A stretch of DNA of 64,000 nt from Salpingoeca rosetta (Eukaryota; Protista; Choanoflagellata): assembly GCA_033442325.1 (NCBI GenBank), contig JAWQFM010000012.1:125708-189707 (forward strand). Direction: 5' to 3'. Position numbers and translations under genes: made by a program. The notes beneath the pieces are model-generated. The model ran no database searches and was not told the DNA's origin. It saw nothing but the letters and a program-made list of their open reading frames with translations. Below, piece after piece: positions 43,479-62,065 of the stretch (within the stretch, counting starts at the first letter, position 1; every line of letters starts with the position of its first letter).

Positions 43479-44156
43479 CGTTGCCTCACTTGTTCGCACA
43501 TACACACACACATCACACACACAAACGAACACACACACGCACACACATCACACACACGCGCGCACGCGCGCGCACACACACACACACATATCACACACAC
43601 ACACCTCCACCTCCCATGATTCACGCTGCGTGATTTGCTCACTGCCACGTTTGCTCCTTTCCTGCTGCCTTTGTCGCCGTGTTGACAGGAGCAAGTATGC
43701 CGGTGACAGCCCTGAAGAGCTGCTCCAGCTCGCGTTCCAGGCAACCGCGTTTGAACCAGAGGTAACAACACAACCACAACGCAAAAGAAATGAGGGAATG
43801 GTGTGCTTTGTTCGTGGCGCGTGCATGCGTACGATGGGTACGCGATGAATTGCAAATTGAGAATGGACGAAAGACCATGAACGAGTGTCACACACATTCA
43901 CCCGCTGTCATTCATCACAACTCGTGCGCAATTCCTCACGACTCCTCACCATGACGCAACACATGACACACGCGTGCAGAATCGGCCGTCCTTCTCCGAG
44001 CTGAGTGCGCGGCTGTATCTGATTGATCTGCAGACAAGCTGTGCGCTGATGAATGAAGCAGACCAACAGCAGCACGCGCACCCCCACAACCACCACCATC
44101 ACACCTTATCCTTACCAGACAACTCACGTGCACGCGCCTTCACCAACGCACAGTGA
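38221..44156 (+). CDS. LIM-kinase/TESK-type (TKL group) protein kinase with long low-complexity N-terminus
   Basis: [114 protein letters not shown]. Start codon is tentative. Confidence 0.85.
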
Positions 44157-44216
44157 CTTGCCAGCGTATGGCACAGGTTCTTTGTATGTATGCTCGTAAT
44201 GCTGTAAGTGATTCAC

Positions 44217-44307
<91 letters not shown>

Positions 44308-44458
44308 AGACAAACAAACGAACAAACAAACGCTTTATTTGTGCATGGAATCCTTCCGGCTGTATATACCGTATACGACGCCATAAATTTTTGTTCAACT
44401 GGATTCAGTCGGTTGTGGACGTGGACAAGCCAAGCAAGCGAACAAGAAGCAAGGCGAT

Positions 44459-49840
<5,382 letters not shown>

Positions 49841-50179
49841 AGACCGTGGTGTCGTGATGTAATGGCACGTGAAGTTGTTGCTGTTGTTGTTGTTGGTGGT
49901 GGTGGTGGTGGTGGTGGTGGTGTGCGTGTGGATGGTGGTGTGCGTGTGCATGTGCAGTGGTGTAGTGTGATTGCCATGTCGGTACCTTCTTTCGCATGTG
50001 TGTGTGTCTGTGTGTCTGCTTATCCTGGTGCTTAGCGCTGACTGTTGGTGCCAGTGCTGTGTTGTTGAACGTCGTTTATGGTCTCGATGGTGACAATCAG
50101 CAAAGCAATAAAGAGCAGGAGCAACATGAACGTAATTCTACACCCAACCGCCACCTCATATCAAACACACACACGCACG

Positions 50180-50272
<93 letters not shown>

Positions 50273-50275
50273 GCG

Positions 50276-51518
50276 TCAAGTGAATCTGCCCTTTGTGTTT
50301 CGCCGTCGCCTCAGCGCGTGCTTCTGGCGTGATGGGTGTAGCGCTGTCTTGCCATGGCGGACAACGAGCCTTCCTTCCTGCGCAAGCTTCTGCCGTGCAA
50401 GCCGCCGCTTCAGGATCCGCTCATACTGCTTTGCGTTCACAACGGCCTCGTTTGGCACATATGTCGGCATGTGGCGCGTGGTTTCGTCTTCAAAGGTGGT
50501 TGGATAGAAGCCATCGTCATCATCATCATCATCATCCTCATCCTCATCATCGCCGTGACTGCCTGCGTTGTGGTGGTGGTGGTGGTGGCTGCTGCTGCTG
50601 TTGCTGCGGTGGGAGTCTGCGCTGTGCCGTTGCTGGCGGCGTCGGTCAGGCTGCCGGCGCGGGTCGCTCGCGCTTGCAAGCAACAAGACGGGCTGGTTGA
50701 CTGCAGCGAAATACTCCGCTGCGCTGGGCTGAACACGAGACGCACGCTTGTCAGAGTGGCGGCTGCCGTGATGGTGGCGAGTGTCGCCAGTTCCGCTGTC
50801 AGCGCGCATCACATCACGGCCGTGGCCGTGCTGGTAGGGGAGGTGGCGGTCATGCTCTGGCAGGTGCTGGTGTTGTTGAAACTGCTGCTGCCCTTGGAAT
50901 TGATGCCGTTGGTGTTGCTGATGATAATGGTGCTGCGAATGTTGCTGACGGTGCTGGTGATGGGAAAAGTGCTCGTGCTGGTCGATGTTGCGATGGCCCG
51001 CATGTGAAGGGCGTGGAGGGGAAGCCAGCGCGTAATGCACAGTCACAGACGGAGCATGGCGTGGTTGGGGCTGTGGCTGTGGTTGTGGTTGAGACTGTGC
51101 TTGAGACTGGGGCGGTGGATGTTGCGTCGGAACGTGCATTGTGCTGTACACGCTTCCGATGATGACGTGCTGCTGGTTCTTGCCTTCGTTGTAATGCTGA
51201 GCTTGTGCCTGTACTTGGTGGTGCGGCAGTGACTGCTGCTGCGAATGCTGCTGCGAATGCTGCTGCGAATGCTGCTGTGCGTGCTGCTGGGAATGCCGGG
51301 GATGGTGCATGGCGTGTGTGTACAGTGGCTGGGCCTGGTGAGGAGAAAGTGCGGCGTGATTGGTTGATGCCGCGTGAGCCGCTCGTGATGACGTTGACGA
51401 TGAAGGTGATGGTGGCGTGTGCGCCGGCATTCCCTGTCCAGGATGGCTCGCCGTCACCATCTGTGATGGTGGCCTCTGCTGTAACAGCTGGGGCAGCAGC
51501 ATTCGCGGCAGCTGGTGC

Positions 51519-51549
<31 letters not shown>

Positions 51550-51865
51550 GTTGTTGTTGTTGCTGGTGCTGTTGACTCGTGCGTGGGAGGTCTGTGCTGC
51601 CCTCGGCGGCATTGGCGATTGGGCTTGCCACTGGTCCGCTCTGCAAGAGGCTTGTCTTGAGGTGGGCTTGATGGGAGGACGAGGATGCAGAAGCTGCAGG
51701 AGAAGACATCGATGACAACGATGACGGCCTCCCATTTTGCTTCAGCACGTGGTGGTGATGGTCATGGATGGACTGCTGTTCGCCGCTGCTGTCCTTCTCG
51801 CTATCAGCAGAGGAGCTGGCGGGGGCAGTGGCACCACTGTTGCCACCCTCCCCGACCATCATCAT
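50276..51865 (-). CDS. NFYA: Nuclear transcription factor Y subunit A (HAP2-like), single exon, divergent DNA-binding subdomain
   Basis: Q/H-rich N-terminus, then [43 protein letters not shown] at the extreme C-terminus. First ATG at 51865. Confidence 0.85.
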
Positions 51866-52104
51866 CTGGAAGGAACCAAAGGTGGACGCGGTGCTCCTGT
51901 TCTCCTCTTGTACCTCCTTGTTCTTCCTTTCTTCTCTGTTTGCCTGCTTGTGCAAAACACGCAAACGTGAAATCGAAAGTCGTTATCAACAACAACAACA
52001 ACCAGCCAACAACAACACTCTCGCTCGCTTGCTTGCTTGTTGCCTTCCTTGAACTGCCTTCCATTGCCTTTGTTGGTGTGGTGTTGAGGTCGAGAGGTAC
52101 AGCC

Positions 52105-53689
52105 ATGTCGGATATCGTCCGCGGCATTGTGGAGAAGCTCAATGCTCCTCCCTTCAACAAGAACTTCACACTAATCGGGTGTGTGTGATGTGTGTGTGTG
52201 TGTTGATGTGTGTGTGTGTGTTGATGTGTGTGTGTGTGTGTTGATGTGTGTGTGTGTGTGTTGATGTGTGTGTGTGTGTGTTGATGTGTGTGTGTTGATG
52301 TGTGTGTGTGTGTGTGTGGGTGTGTGTGGGTGTGTGTGGGTGTGTGTGGGTGTGTGTGGGTGTGTGTGGGTGTGTGTGGGTGTGTTGAGAACAAGTCGGC
52401 TTTCTTGGTGTACGTTGTTGTTTCGTGCGCACCCACCTGTTTTCGCCCCTGCATGTGTGTATGTGCTCTGCTGTTGTGCCTAACTTTGACATGACCTGTT
52501 CGCCTTGTGTTGCTATTCGCTTAGCTTCGATGCCATGTCCCCGGAGCAGCTCATCGAAACCCTCAACTCCATCTTCGTCGCCATCGCTCCAGACGTAAGG
52601 ACGCACTGCACATACAACAAGTACCCGCACACCACATACACACAAATGCATACACGCACTAATACACTTTTACACACGCGCACACACACACACACGCACG
52701 CACGCACATGTGCGTGCACTCAGCATTGACGCTGTCTTTGAGGTCTCACGCCACTTTGTCTCTCTGTGTCTCCGCTGATCGTGTTGCGTCTGTGACAGCA
52801 TGACGTCGACACGAGGCAAGAGCTGCCCGATGACCGGGTGGTGCGCATGATGAGCCTACTGCGCGTGCTCAAGTACAAGCCATCCGTCTCAAAGTCGTAA
52901 GTCAAAATGTGGCCCTGCATGTGTGTGCGTCTGTGTCTGTGTCTGCGTGTATGGGTGCGTGTGTATGTATCTCCATGTGTCCGTCTGTCCGTCCGTCCGT
53001 CCGTCTGCCTGTATGTCTGCTGTTGAGCAAGCGAAAGCTCCACCTCTGACTCCGTGCCATTTCACATCTGCACCGCATACCAATCCAAGGGACATGGCCG
53101 CTGGGCTGATTGACGCCAAGCCCGAGGTGATTCACCCGATCATGCACTGGGCCCTGAGCAAACTGCCTGAGCTAAAGAAGCGCGCGTATCTCGCCAACTT
53201 TCTCATGACCATCGAGGTCCCCGACGAAATGATGCAGAACGACGAAGTCGCCGAGACCCGCGAACAGGTGTGTGTATGTGTGTGTGTCTGTCTGTCTGTC
53301 TGCCTGCCTGTCTGTCTGCCTGTCTGTCCGTCTGCCTGTACGTGTGTCTGTCTGTCTGCCTGTACGTGTGTCTGTCTGTCTGCGTGTGTCTGTGTCTGCG
53401 TCTGTGTGTGCGTGAACCATCATGTGCCTGTCAAGCGGCTCACGTCCTGTTTGCACTATTTCGCCCATCCACTGACCTTTCCTCATCTCTCCCAATACCA
53501 CCGTCATGCGTGTGTGCAGTACCTTGCGCTGATTGACACGTTCAAGGAGGTCCACAAGGAAGTCGAAAACATGCGCTCGTCTGGGTTTTCCGTGAGCGAA
53601 GTGAAGAACGACATCAAACACATGGAGAAGGAGAAGGACCAACTTGAGAAGCGCGTCGCCCGCATGCAGCAAAAGGTGCAGCGTGTGTC

Positions 53690-53747
<58 letters not shown>

Positions 53748-54131
53748 TGTGTGTGTCTGTGTGTGTCTGTGTGTGTCTGTGTTTGTGTCTGTGTTTGTGT
53801 CTGTGTTTGTGTCTGGGTGTCTCGGTGTCTGTGTCTGGGTGGGCTTGCATTTTCATGTCTTGCTTGCTCGCTACCACCGCGTCGCATCACACCCCTCACT
53901 GACATCCTTTCCACGCCACCCTTAACACCGCCCCCCCCCCCCACACACACAATCGCAGTATGAGAACGTTGCTGAGTACAACTCGATGCTTGACGCTGCT
54001 CGCGCCCTCCGCCGCGAAGTTGAACGCGAGGGCGAACTCGAGCGCCTGAGGCAGGACCAGACAGAACAGGTGCCAATCCCACCACCACCACCACCATACT
54101 CGATTATTGGAGGGGTGTCTGCGTCTGTCTG

Positions 54132-54193
<62 letters not shown>

Positions 54194-54842
54194 CGTGTGT
54201 GTGCGTGTGTGTGCGTGTGTCTGTGTGTGTGTCTGTGTGTGTCGGTATGACTTCTCCTCGGCCATGTGCATGTACACCCACCCCCTCACCACCCACCACT
54301 CCTCCAACCACCCAACAACCCCTCACCTCTCCCCAATAACCCAAACTGCCGCCTGTTTCAGCTGTCGCATGCTGAGGACAAGTACCAGCGGACAATGCAG
54401 CTGCTGCGCGAGGTGCGGGCGAATGCCGTGAGCGGCGGGGCCGATGCCGTCATCAAACGAACGGAGGATGAAGTCAAGATGAAGCGATACCTCGCACACG
54501 AGAAGCTCCCGGCGGTCAGTTTATCGTGGTGGTGATGGTGGTTGATGATTGATTGATGGTGGTGGTGATTGGTGGTGAGTGTGATCGGTGGTGATTGTGT
54601 GCAAGCGGGTGCCGTCGTGCATGTGAGTATTTCGTGGCAGTGGTGTGCATGATGTGTGCGCGTTGGTTGAACAGCGAGCGTGACCATGTACTCATCTTCC
54701 TTTCGCTCTTGGGTATCATGACACATCAGGCGATTGAGGAGAAGGAGAAGGCATGCAAGGAGGCACGCCGCATTCTCGACGAGCCCGCCATGACGCAAGA
54801 CGACCTCAACAGCCTCCACACACAGGTGACCCCCTGCTGCTG

Positions 54843-54917
<75 letters not shown>

Positions 54918-55189
54918 NNNNNNNNNNNNNNNNNNNNNNNNNNNNNNNNNNNNNNNNNNNNNNNNNNNNNNNNNNNNNNNNNNNNNNNNNNNNNNNNNNN
55001 NNNNNNNNNNNNNNNNNNNNNNNNNNNNNNNNNNNNNNNNNNNNNNNNNNNNNNNNNNNNNNNNNNNNNNNNNNNNNNNNNNNNNNNNNNNNNNNNNNNN
55101 NNNNNNNNNNNNNNNNNNNNNNNNNNNNNNNNNNNNNNNNNNNNNNNNNNNNNNNNNNNNNNNNNNNNNNNNNNNNNNNNNNNNNNGTC

Positions 55190-55262
<73 letters not shown>

Positions 55263-56184
55263 CACTTGCTGCCATGCCACAAACCCTCACCTCATTCACC
55301 AACAATCACACACGTCGGGGCCTGTCTCACGCCCGCCCCTTCTTCTCCACCACACCCCACTACTTTGCCCATTCCATCGCCCCCTCTCAACTAACGTCAC
55401 CCTGCCGCCACCACCGCCACCACCACCATGGCCACTGACAGCTCGCCAAGTTGGAGAAAGAGTACGACGAGAAGCGGAAACTGCAGGAATCCCGCGGCCC
55501 GCGCATGCTCAAGGCCGATGAGGTGCAGAGCTGAGGGTTGGCTGGGATGGTGGTGGTGATGATGGTGGTGGTGGTGGCGGCGGCGGTGTCTTGGGTGTCT
55601 TGGGTGCCATGGGTGTCATGTGTGTCGTGGGTGGTGGTGTCATGGGTGGTGTAAGTCGCTGCAAGGCCAGGGTGGTGGCGTTGTGGCATGGTGCTGTTTG
55701 CTCGCCTTCCCGACTCACGCATGCACACCCACGTTCACACTGTAGTTCAAGCGGTATGTTGCCAAGTTGCGAACAAAGAGCACAACATACAAGCAGAAGA
55801 AGAACAAGGTACATGCGCGTGACTGTTTGTTGTTACCGTGTACACTTTGCACACTTCTCTCTTGCTCTTGCCCCTGCCATTCATGTGTTCATTTTCGCGC
55901 CCACAACGAATTCACCACCACCGCCGCCGCTGCCGTGTTCTCTGCTTGTGCAGTTGACGGCGCTGCAATCGGAACATCTCGTCCTTGATCGCACCATCGA
56001 GATCCTCACGCAGCAGGAGCACCACGCTCGCGCACAGCTGGTGGGCACACGTGTTGTGCGGAGGACGGAGAGAGGAGAGGAGCCTGGGAGGAGGGGTATT
56101 AAGGTTAAAGAGCAACGCAATACTGTAGGGTTCTGGGATGCGTTGGTGCTTGCATGACGTTCCGGACTTGCTGCTGCGCATGCT

Positions 56185-56276
<92 letters not shown>

Positions 56277-57510
56277 CCGCACACTACCACCCTTTGCCCA
56301 GTCTGCGCTTGAGGCGGAGCGCGGCGTGAGCGGGGTGACAGCGGCGCAGACGGAGCTGGAAGACGTCTCTGCCAACAAGGGCGAGCTCGACGCGCGCAAG
56401 GGAGAGACGCTTGATGACATCTCACGTATGGTGGACGAGCTGAACGAGAAGATCTCGGCCAAGCGGACGTCGCTGGCACCGCTGATCAAGCAGCTGCGCT
56501 CCCTCCGCGCCGAGGAGAAGACAGTCAAGGTCGGGTGGTGATTGGAGTCGATGTGCAATGTCTTTTGCTGTGTGTTTGTTGTGTGTTTGTTGTCGTTGCT
56601 TGCTCACTTGTTCGCTTGCTAGCTTGCCTGCCCTGTTTGTTACTTTTGCTTCTGTTCTTGTTGCGTTTGTGAACACTTGTTGAGGTGGCACCCGTCCTCC
56701 GTGCTGGCGGCCGCCTCGCTGCACCCTCTCTCACCCCACCCCATGATCACGCACCACCACCACCACGCAGGAGAAGTATGACGAGAAGAAGGCGGAGTAC
56801 GATGCGTCGTCGGCGCAGCTTGAGTCGAGCAAGTCCAAGCTCGAGACGGAGGTGAAGGCACTGCGGGAGGAGGTGTCTGTGGAGGAGAGCAGGTACCACT
56901 ACCTCCACAACATGATCGCCCACATCTCAAAGCAGGTACGCTTGGGGCGGTGAAGGGCCTTTGGGATAAATCGCGTGCGGGCTCAGGGCATGTGGGGACG
57001 GGTGGCTGAGGTTTGCTAGTGGATGTGCCCCATTACGCACTTACTACTGTCATGCACAAATACATGCACACACACTCACACACACACACACACACACACT
57101 CACTCACTCACTCGCTCACGCACGCAATCACTCACGCACGCAATCACTCACGCACGCAATCACTCACGCACACACTCCCTCGCTCACCAACACCTGCGCT
57201 ACCCCCATTGCAGCTTGAGGTGGCGCAGCGGGAGATGCGGCTGTATCTCGGGCAGGAGGAGGGCTCGTCCCTTCGTGATGTCATGACGAAGAAGATCCAG
57301 GAACAGGACCGCATCGGCAAGCAGCTGCGCGCACAGCAGACGGAGGTGAAGGAGTCATTTGACGCCAACATCAGGCAGCTCGACATGTGGAAGGACCTTG
57401 AGCTGCTGATGAAGTGCAAGACGGAGTGTGTCGGTGTTGCGACGGGCGCTGCTGCCGATGACAACGACGCTGTTGCGCTTGAGGAACAGGACCGCCTCGT
57501 CTTCTCGTGA
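52105..57510 (+). CDS. IFT81: Intraflagellar transport protein 81, multi-exon (probably one or more exons lost in the N gap)
   Basis: MSDIVRGIVEKLNAPPFNKNFTLIGFD, LRVLKYKP, VIHPIMHWAL..LKKRAYLANFL, FKEVHKE, DIKHMEKEKDQL, ADEFKRYVAKLRTKSTTYK, KGETLDDIS, LAPLIKQLR, QLDMWKDLELLMKCK, EQDRLVFS*. Confidence 0.96.
54918..55186. other. Assembly gap (269 N) inside IFT81
   Basis: Run of N. Confidence 1.
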
Positions 57511-57520
57511 TGACGACGAC

Positions 57521-57554
<34 letters not shown>

Positions 57555-58015
57555 CTCGTCGTCGTCGTCGTCGTGGCAGTTGGTGTTGCCCTTGCATGTA
57601 CGTGCACCGCTTCCTTCACTTGTGTTGTTTGGTGTATAGTTGTGGAGTGCTTTCGTCTGCGTGTGTGTGTGTATGTGTGTGTGTGTGTGTGTGTGTGTTG
57701 TGTGATGTGTTGTTCCTTTTGCCACTACTCTACTTCTTCTCCCTGATCGCAGTCCCCATTCTTTCAACTCTTGCTTCTCAGGCGCAACCCAAGCTGCGCA
57801 TCACTGTTTACTGACTTTTGCGTGCAAGAAAGGCCATGGCACAGTGAACCAACCACACACGACAACTTGTGAAGGGGACAAGCCACGAGACAACCACAAC
57901 ACAGCGACGAACGAGTGGGGAAACACACATACGCGTGCATGCACAAAACCACAAAACAAGCAAGACTGGCAAAGGAGCAAGATTAAATGGGTGCTGCTGC
58001 TGCATGTGTTTGCGT

Positions 58016-59156
<1,141 letters not shown>

Positions 59157-59270
59157 GGTGGCTGGTTGGTTTGTTGGTTGCGAGACGAGGAGGAAATGTA
59201 ATGCGACAGCACAAAAAGTAGCACATATGAAGCCAGCAAGCTTCTTATCATTCCTCGTGCTCTCACGCTG

Positions 59271-60560
59271 ATGTTCTTGTTGCTTGTGGTGGTGGTGTTG
59301 CTGTGTGCACGCCGCAACGATGCGGAGGTGGTGTTGGTGGAGGATGGCGTGGGCACCTTCCACATCAACACAAGCGATCCAGGGAGCCAGGCTGTGCTGG
59401 TGAACGGGGTGGACGTGAACGCGGTGCTGGCGGCACAGCACAGCATGCTGCAGCTGTACAGCGCCGCTTTGGAAGGACAGCAAACCGTTGATCGCGCGCT
59501 GAGGAGCCGCATCAGTGCACAAATGGGCGTGAACGAGCAGCAACAACGAGCAATCAACCAGCTGAGCAGGAGGCTGTGTAAGGTGGAGGATCCTGGGGCC
59601 AGCACCTTCGGCGAGGAAAGCATTGCCCCGCTCACAACAAGCTGCTGCAAGTTCATCGGTAGCGCCGTGGCCAGCAACGGCTTGATCTACGCAGCACCCT
59701 TTAACTCGCCCTCTGTGCTCATTATCGACCCAAGCACCAACACCGTCGACGTCACGTCGATGGAGGTGTTCCCCGAGGACGTGAACAAGTGGGCTGGCGC
59801 TGTGCTGGCACACACAGGGGACGTGTACATGATCCCGGCCTCTGCAACGCAGGTGCTCATCGTCGACCCAAGTACCAACACAGCCGACACCACAAGCATC
59901 AAGGCCGTTGGCTCCGCCAGTTTCAAGTGGTTTAGCGGCGTGGCAGCGGACAACGGGCTCATCTTCGGCGTCCCGTTCTCCGCCACCTCCGTGCTGATTA
60001 TCGACCCCGCAACCAAGACGGCAGACGTCACCACGCTGTCCGGGATTCCCGAACAACGATACCAGTGGTACGATGGCGTTCAGGCGGAGAACGGCCTCAT
60101 CTACTGCTTCCCCATCTCTGCTGACTCGGTCCTCATCATCAACCCTGCCACACTGACAATGGACTTGACGACCATCGCTGGCCTTGGCTCGGAGTCCAAA
60201 TGGTACGGCGGCGTGCTTGCAAGCAACGGCCTCATCTACACCATTCCGGGCAGGAGCGCGACCACGCTCGTCATCGACCCCAGCACAAACAGCACAGATA
60301 CGCTGACCATTGCCTCGCAAACAACCTTCGTCAAATGGGTCGGGGGTGTACAGGCCAGCGGCGGCAACATCGTGGGCATCCCACATGACCTCGGTTCCGC
60401 CCTTCTTTTTGAGCCCACCACCAGCGCCTCCGACAACACGACCATCAACGGGCTTCCAGGCAACGCAAAGTGGTGGGGCGGTGTCGTCGCTCCAAATGGC
60501 CTCGTCTATGGCATCCCATACTCCACAAACGAAGTGCTCGTCATGAACGCCGGGTGTTAG
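59271..60560 (+). CDS. Intronless secreted protein: signal peptide, coiled coil, seven ~46-aa repeats (predicted 7-bladed beta-propeller)
   Basis: 429-aa microsatellite-free ORF. Hydrophobic N-terminus MFLLLVVVVLLCA; repeat consensus KWxGGVxAxNGLIYxxPxSAxSVLIIDPxTxTxD seen 7 times. Confidence 0.9.
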   Translation: MFLLLVVVVLLCARRNDAEVVLVEDGVGTFHINTSDPGSQAVLVNGVDVNAVLAAQHSMLQLYSAALEGQQTVDRALRSRISAQMGVNEQQQRAINQLSRRLCKVEDPGASTFGEESIAPLTTSCCKFIGSAVASNGLIYAAPFNSPSVLIIDPSTNTVDVTSMEVFPEDVNKWAGAVLAHTGDVYMIPASATQVLIVDPSTNTADTTSIKAVGSASFKWFSGVAADNGLIFGVPFSATSVLIIDPATKTADVTTLSGIPEQRYQWYDGVQAENGLIYCFPISADSVLIINPATLTMDLTTIAGLGSESKWYGGVLASNGLIYTIPGRSATTLVIDPSTNSTDTLTIASQTTFVKWVGGVQASGGNIVGIPHDLGSALLFEPTTSASDNTTINGLPGNAKWWGGVVAPNGLVYGIPYSTNEVLVMNAGC

Positions 60561-60562
60561 TG

Positions 60563-60620
<58 letters not shown>

Positions 60621-60829
60621 GTGTGTGCGATGGGGGCTGTCGTGTGTGCGTGCGTGCGTGCGTGCTGTGGGTGGAGTCCGTGGCATGTGAGGGACTGTTG
60701 TCTCACCAAACACGGGAGCTCGTATCACATCACCGTGCGTGCGTTCCATCTTCACTTCATGGAGGTGTTCGTTCGCACGACGACGATCGCTCGGTCAGTG
60801 TATTCAAGATGAATGAATGAACAGTCAGC

Positions 60830-61071
60830 TCAAGAACTCAAGCCAAAGCTGCACACATTTGTAAGACGCAACACACAAGATCAAACAAGCTCACGAACAT
60901 AAGTGAGGCAACAATCACCCGTGTCCTGTTTCTCCAACCGCTTGCTTGCACTCACCGAACAAAGTCACGACATGTGTTGTCGGCGATCGACCTAATCGTG
61001 TCCTTCACCTCATCCTCCAGCGCCGTGTGTGCCAACAAGGCCTGCAACACCTTCTCCTCTCCGACGGACAT
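60830..61071 (-). CDS. Candidate 44-aa two-exon microprotein (61071-60956, 60848-60830)
   Basis: GCC-ATG context, coding-like sequence, donor CG|GTGAGT and acceptor TGCAG; MSVGEEKVLQALLAHTALEDEVKDTIRSIADNTCRDFVRFGLSS*. No family recognised. Confidence 0.4.
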
Positions 61072-61410
61072 GGCTGTTGTGGCTGCTGACTTGATGGGGT
61101 TTTGGGTGGGACGTCGCAGACTCTCTTGCCCTCTCTTGCCCTCTCTTGCCCTCTCTTGCCCCTTGCTATTGTATTGTCGTGCGTCTTGATGTCGCTGATG
61201 TCTTCTGTTCTGCTTGCGCTCCGATCTGCTCCTGTCTTGGTAGGGTCTGCTCTTTTGCTTGCTTCTTAGTTGCTTGCTTCTTGTCCTCTTCTCTTCTTCT
61301 GTGCTGGCTGGAACGCTGCGCGAATGAAAGCAGCGGACACAAACAAGGCACACAGTTGACGCACATGATTGAGATGAACAAATTTTGCCACCTCGGGCAA
61401 GCAAACCTCG

Positions 61411-61518
61411 GGGGCATTGGCGCAGTTGGTTAGCGCGCAGGTCTCATAATCCGCTAATGATATGATCCTCGCATGAGGAGCAATCCTGAGGTCGCCAGTT
61501 CGATCCTGGCATGCCCCA
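61411..61518 (+). tRNA. tRNA-Met (CAT), elongator type, with 34-nt intron (61449-61482)
   Basis: Acceptor stem GGGGCAT/ATGCCCC+A, D arm GCGC..GCGC, anticodon arm CAGGT-CTCATA^A-TCCTG with T31:T39, T arm GCCAG-TTCGATC-CTGGC. Confidence 0.95.
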
Positions 61519-61527
61519 TTTGCTTCC

Positions 61528-61538
61528 TTTTTTTTTTT
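61528..61538 (+). terminator. RNA polymerase III oligo-T terminator
   Basis: T11 run about 10 bp downstream of the tRNA. Confidence 0.8.
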
Positions 61539-61965
61539 GGTTGTGAGTTGGGCAAGCAAGCAACAAGGCGAAGCAGCGGCTGACACACACACACACACTC
61601 TCTCTCACAAGGTTGGCTGCTGAGGCAGAGCACACGCAAGCAACAAGCAACAAGTGAGTGAGGCAGGCAGGCAGCTGTTGGGACAAGCACAAACACACTC
61701 ACAAGCAAAGGCGAGCGCACAGCAGATAGACAGATTGGAGGCAAGCGAGCGACTTGGGACGAGAAAGAAGGAGGACGAGAAGGAGCAGGAGAGAGTGGAA
61801 GAGAGACTCCGCCACATATCACTTACACAAACTCACACACTCATCACACACACATCACACATCACACACAAGCATAATCACGTGCTTCTTCTGCCTGCGC
61901 AGCTTCCTCATCTCTTTCTCTGTGTGTGTGTGTGTGTGCTGGTTCTCCTGCTTCCCGTCCATCCC

Positions 61966-62065
61966 NNNNNNNNNNNNNNNNNNNNNNNNNNNNNNNNNNN
62001 NNNNNNNNNNNNNNNNNNNNNNNNNNNNNNNNNNNNNNNNNNNNNNNNNNNNNNNNNNNNNNNNN
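61966..62065. other. Assembly gap (100 N)
   Basis: Run of N. Confidence 1.

Noticed and set aside
54826-55441. (TG)n-gap-(CA)n as a perfect fold-back intron, or an internally deleted IFT81
   Set aside because: About 55 conserved IFT81 residues are missing between LNSLHTQ and LAKLEKE, so an exon is probably hidden in the N gap and the two tracts likely belong to different introns.
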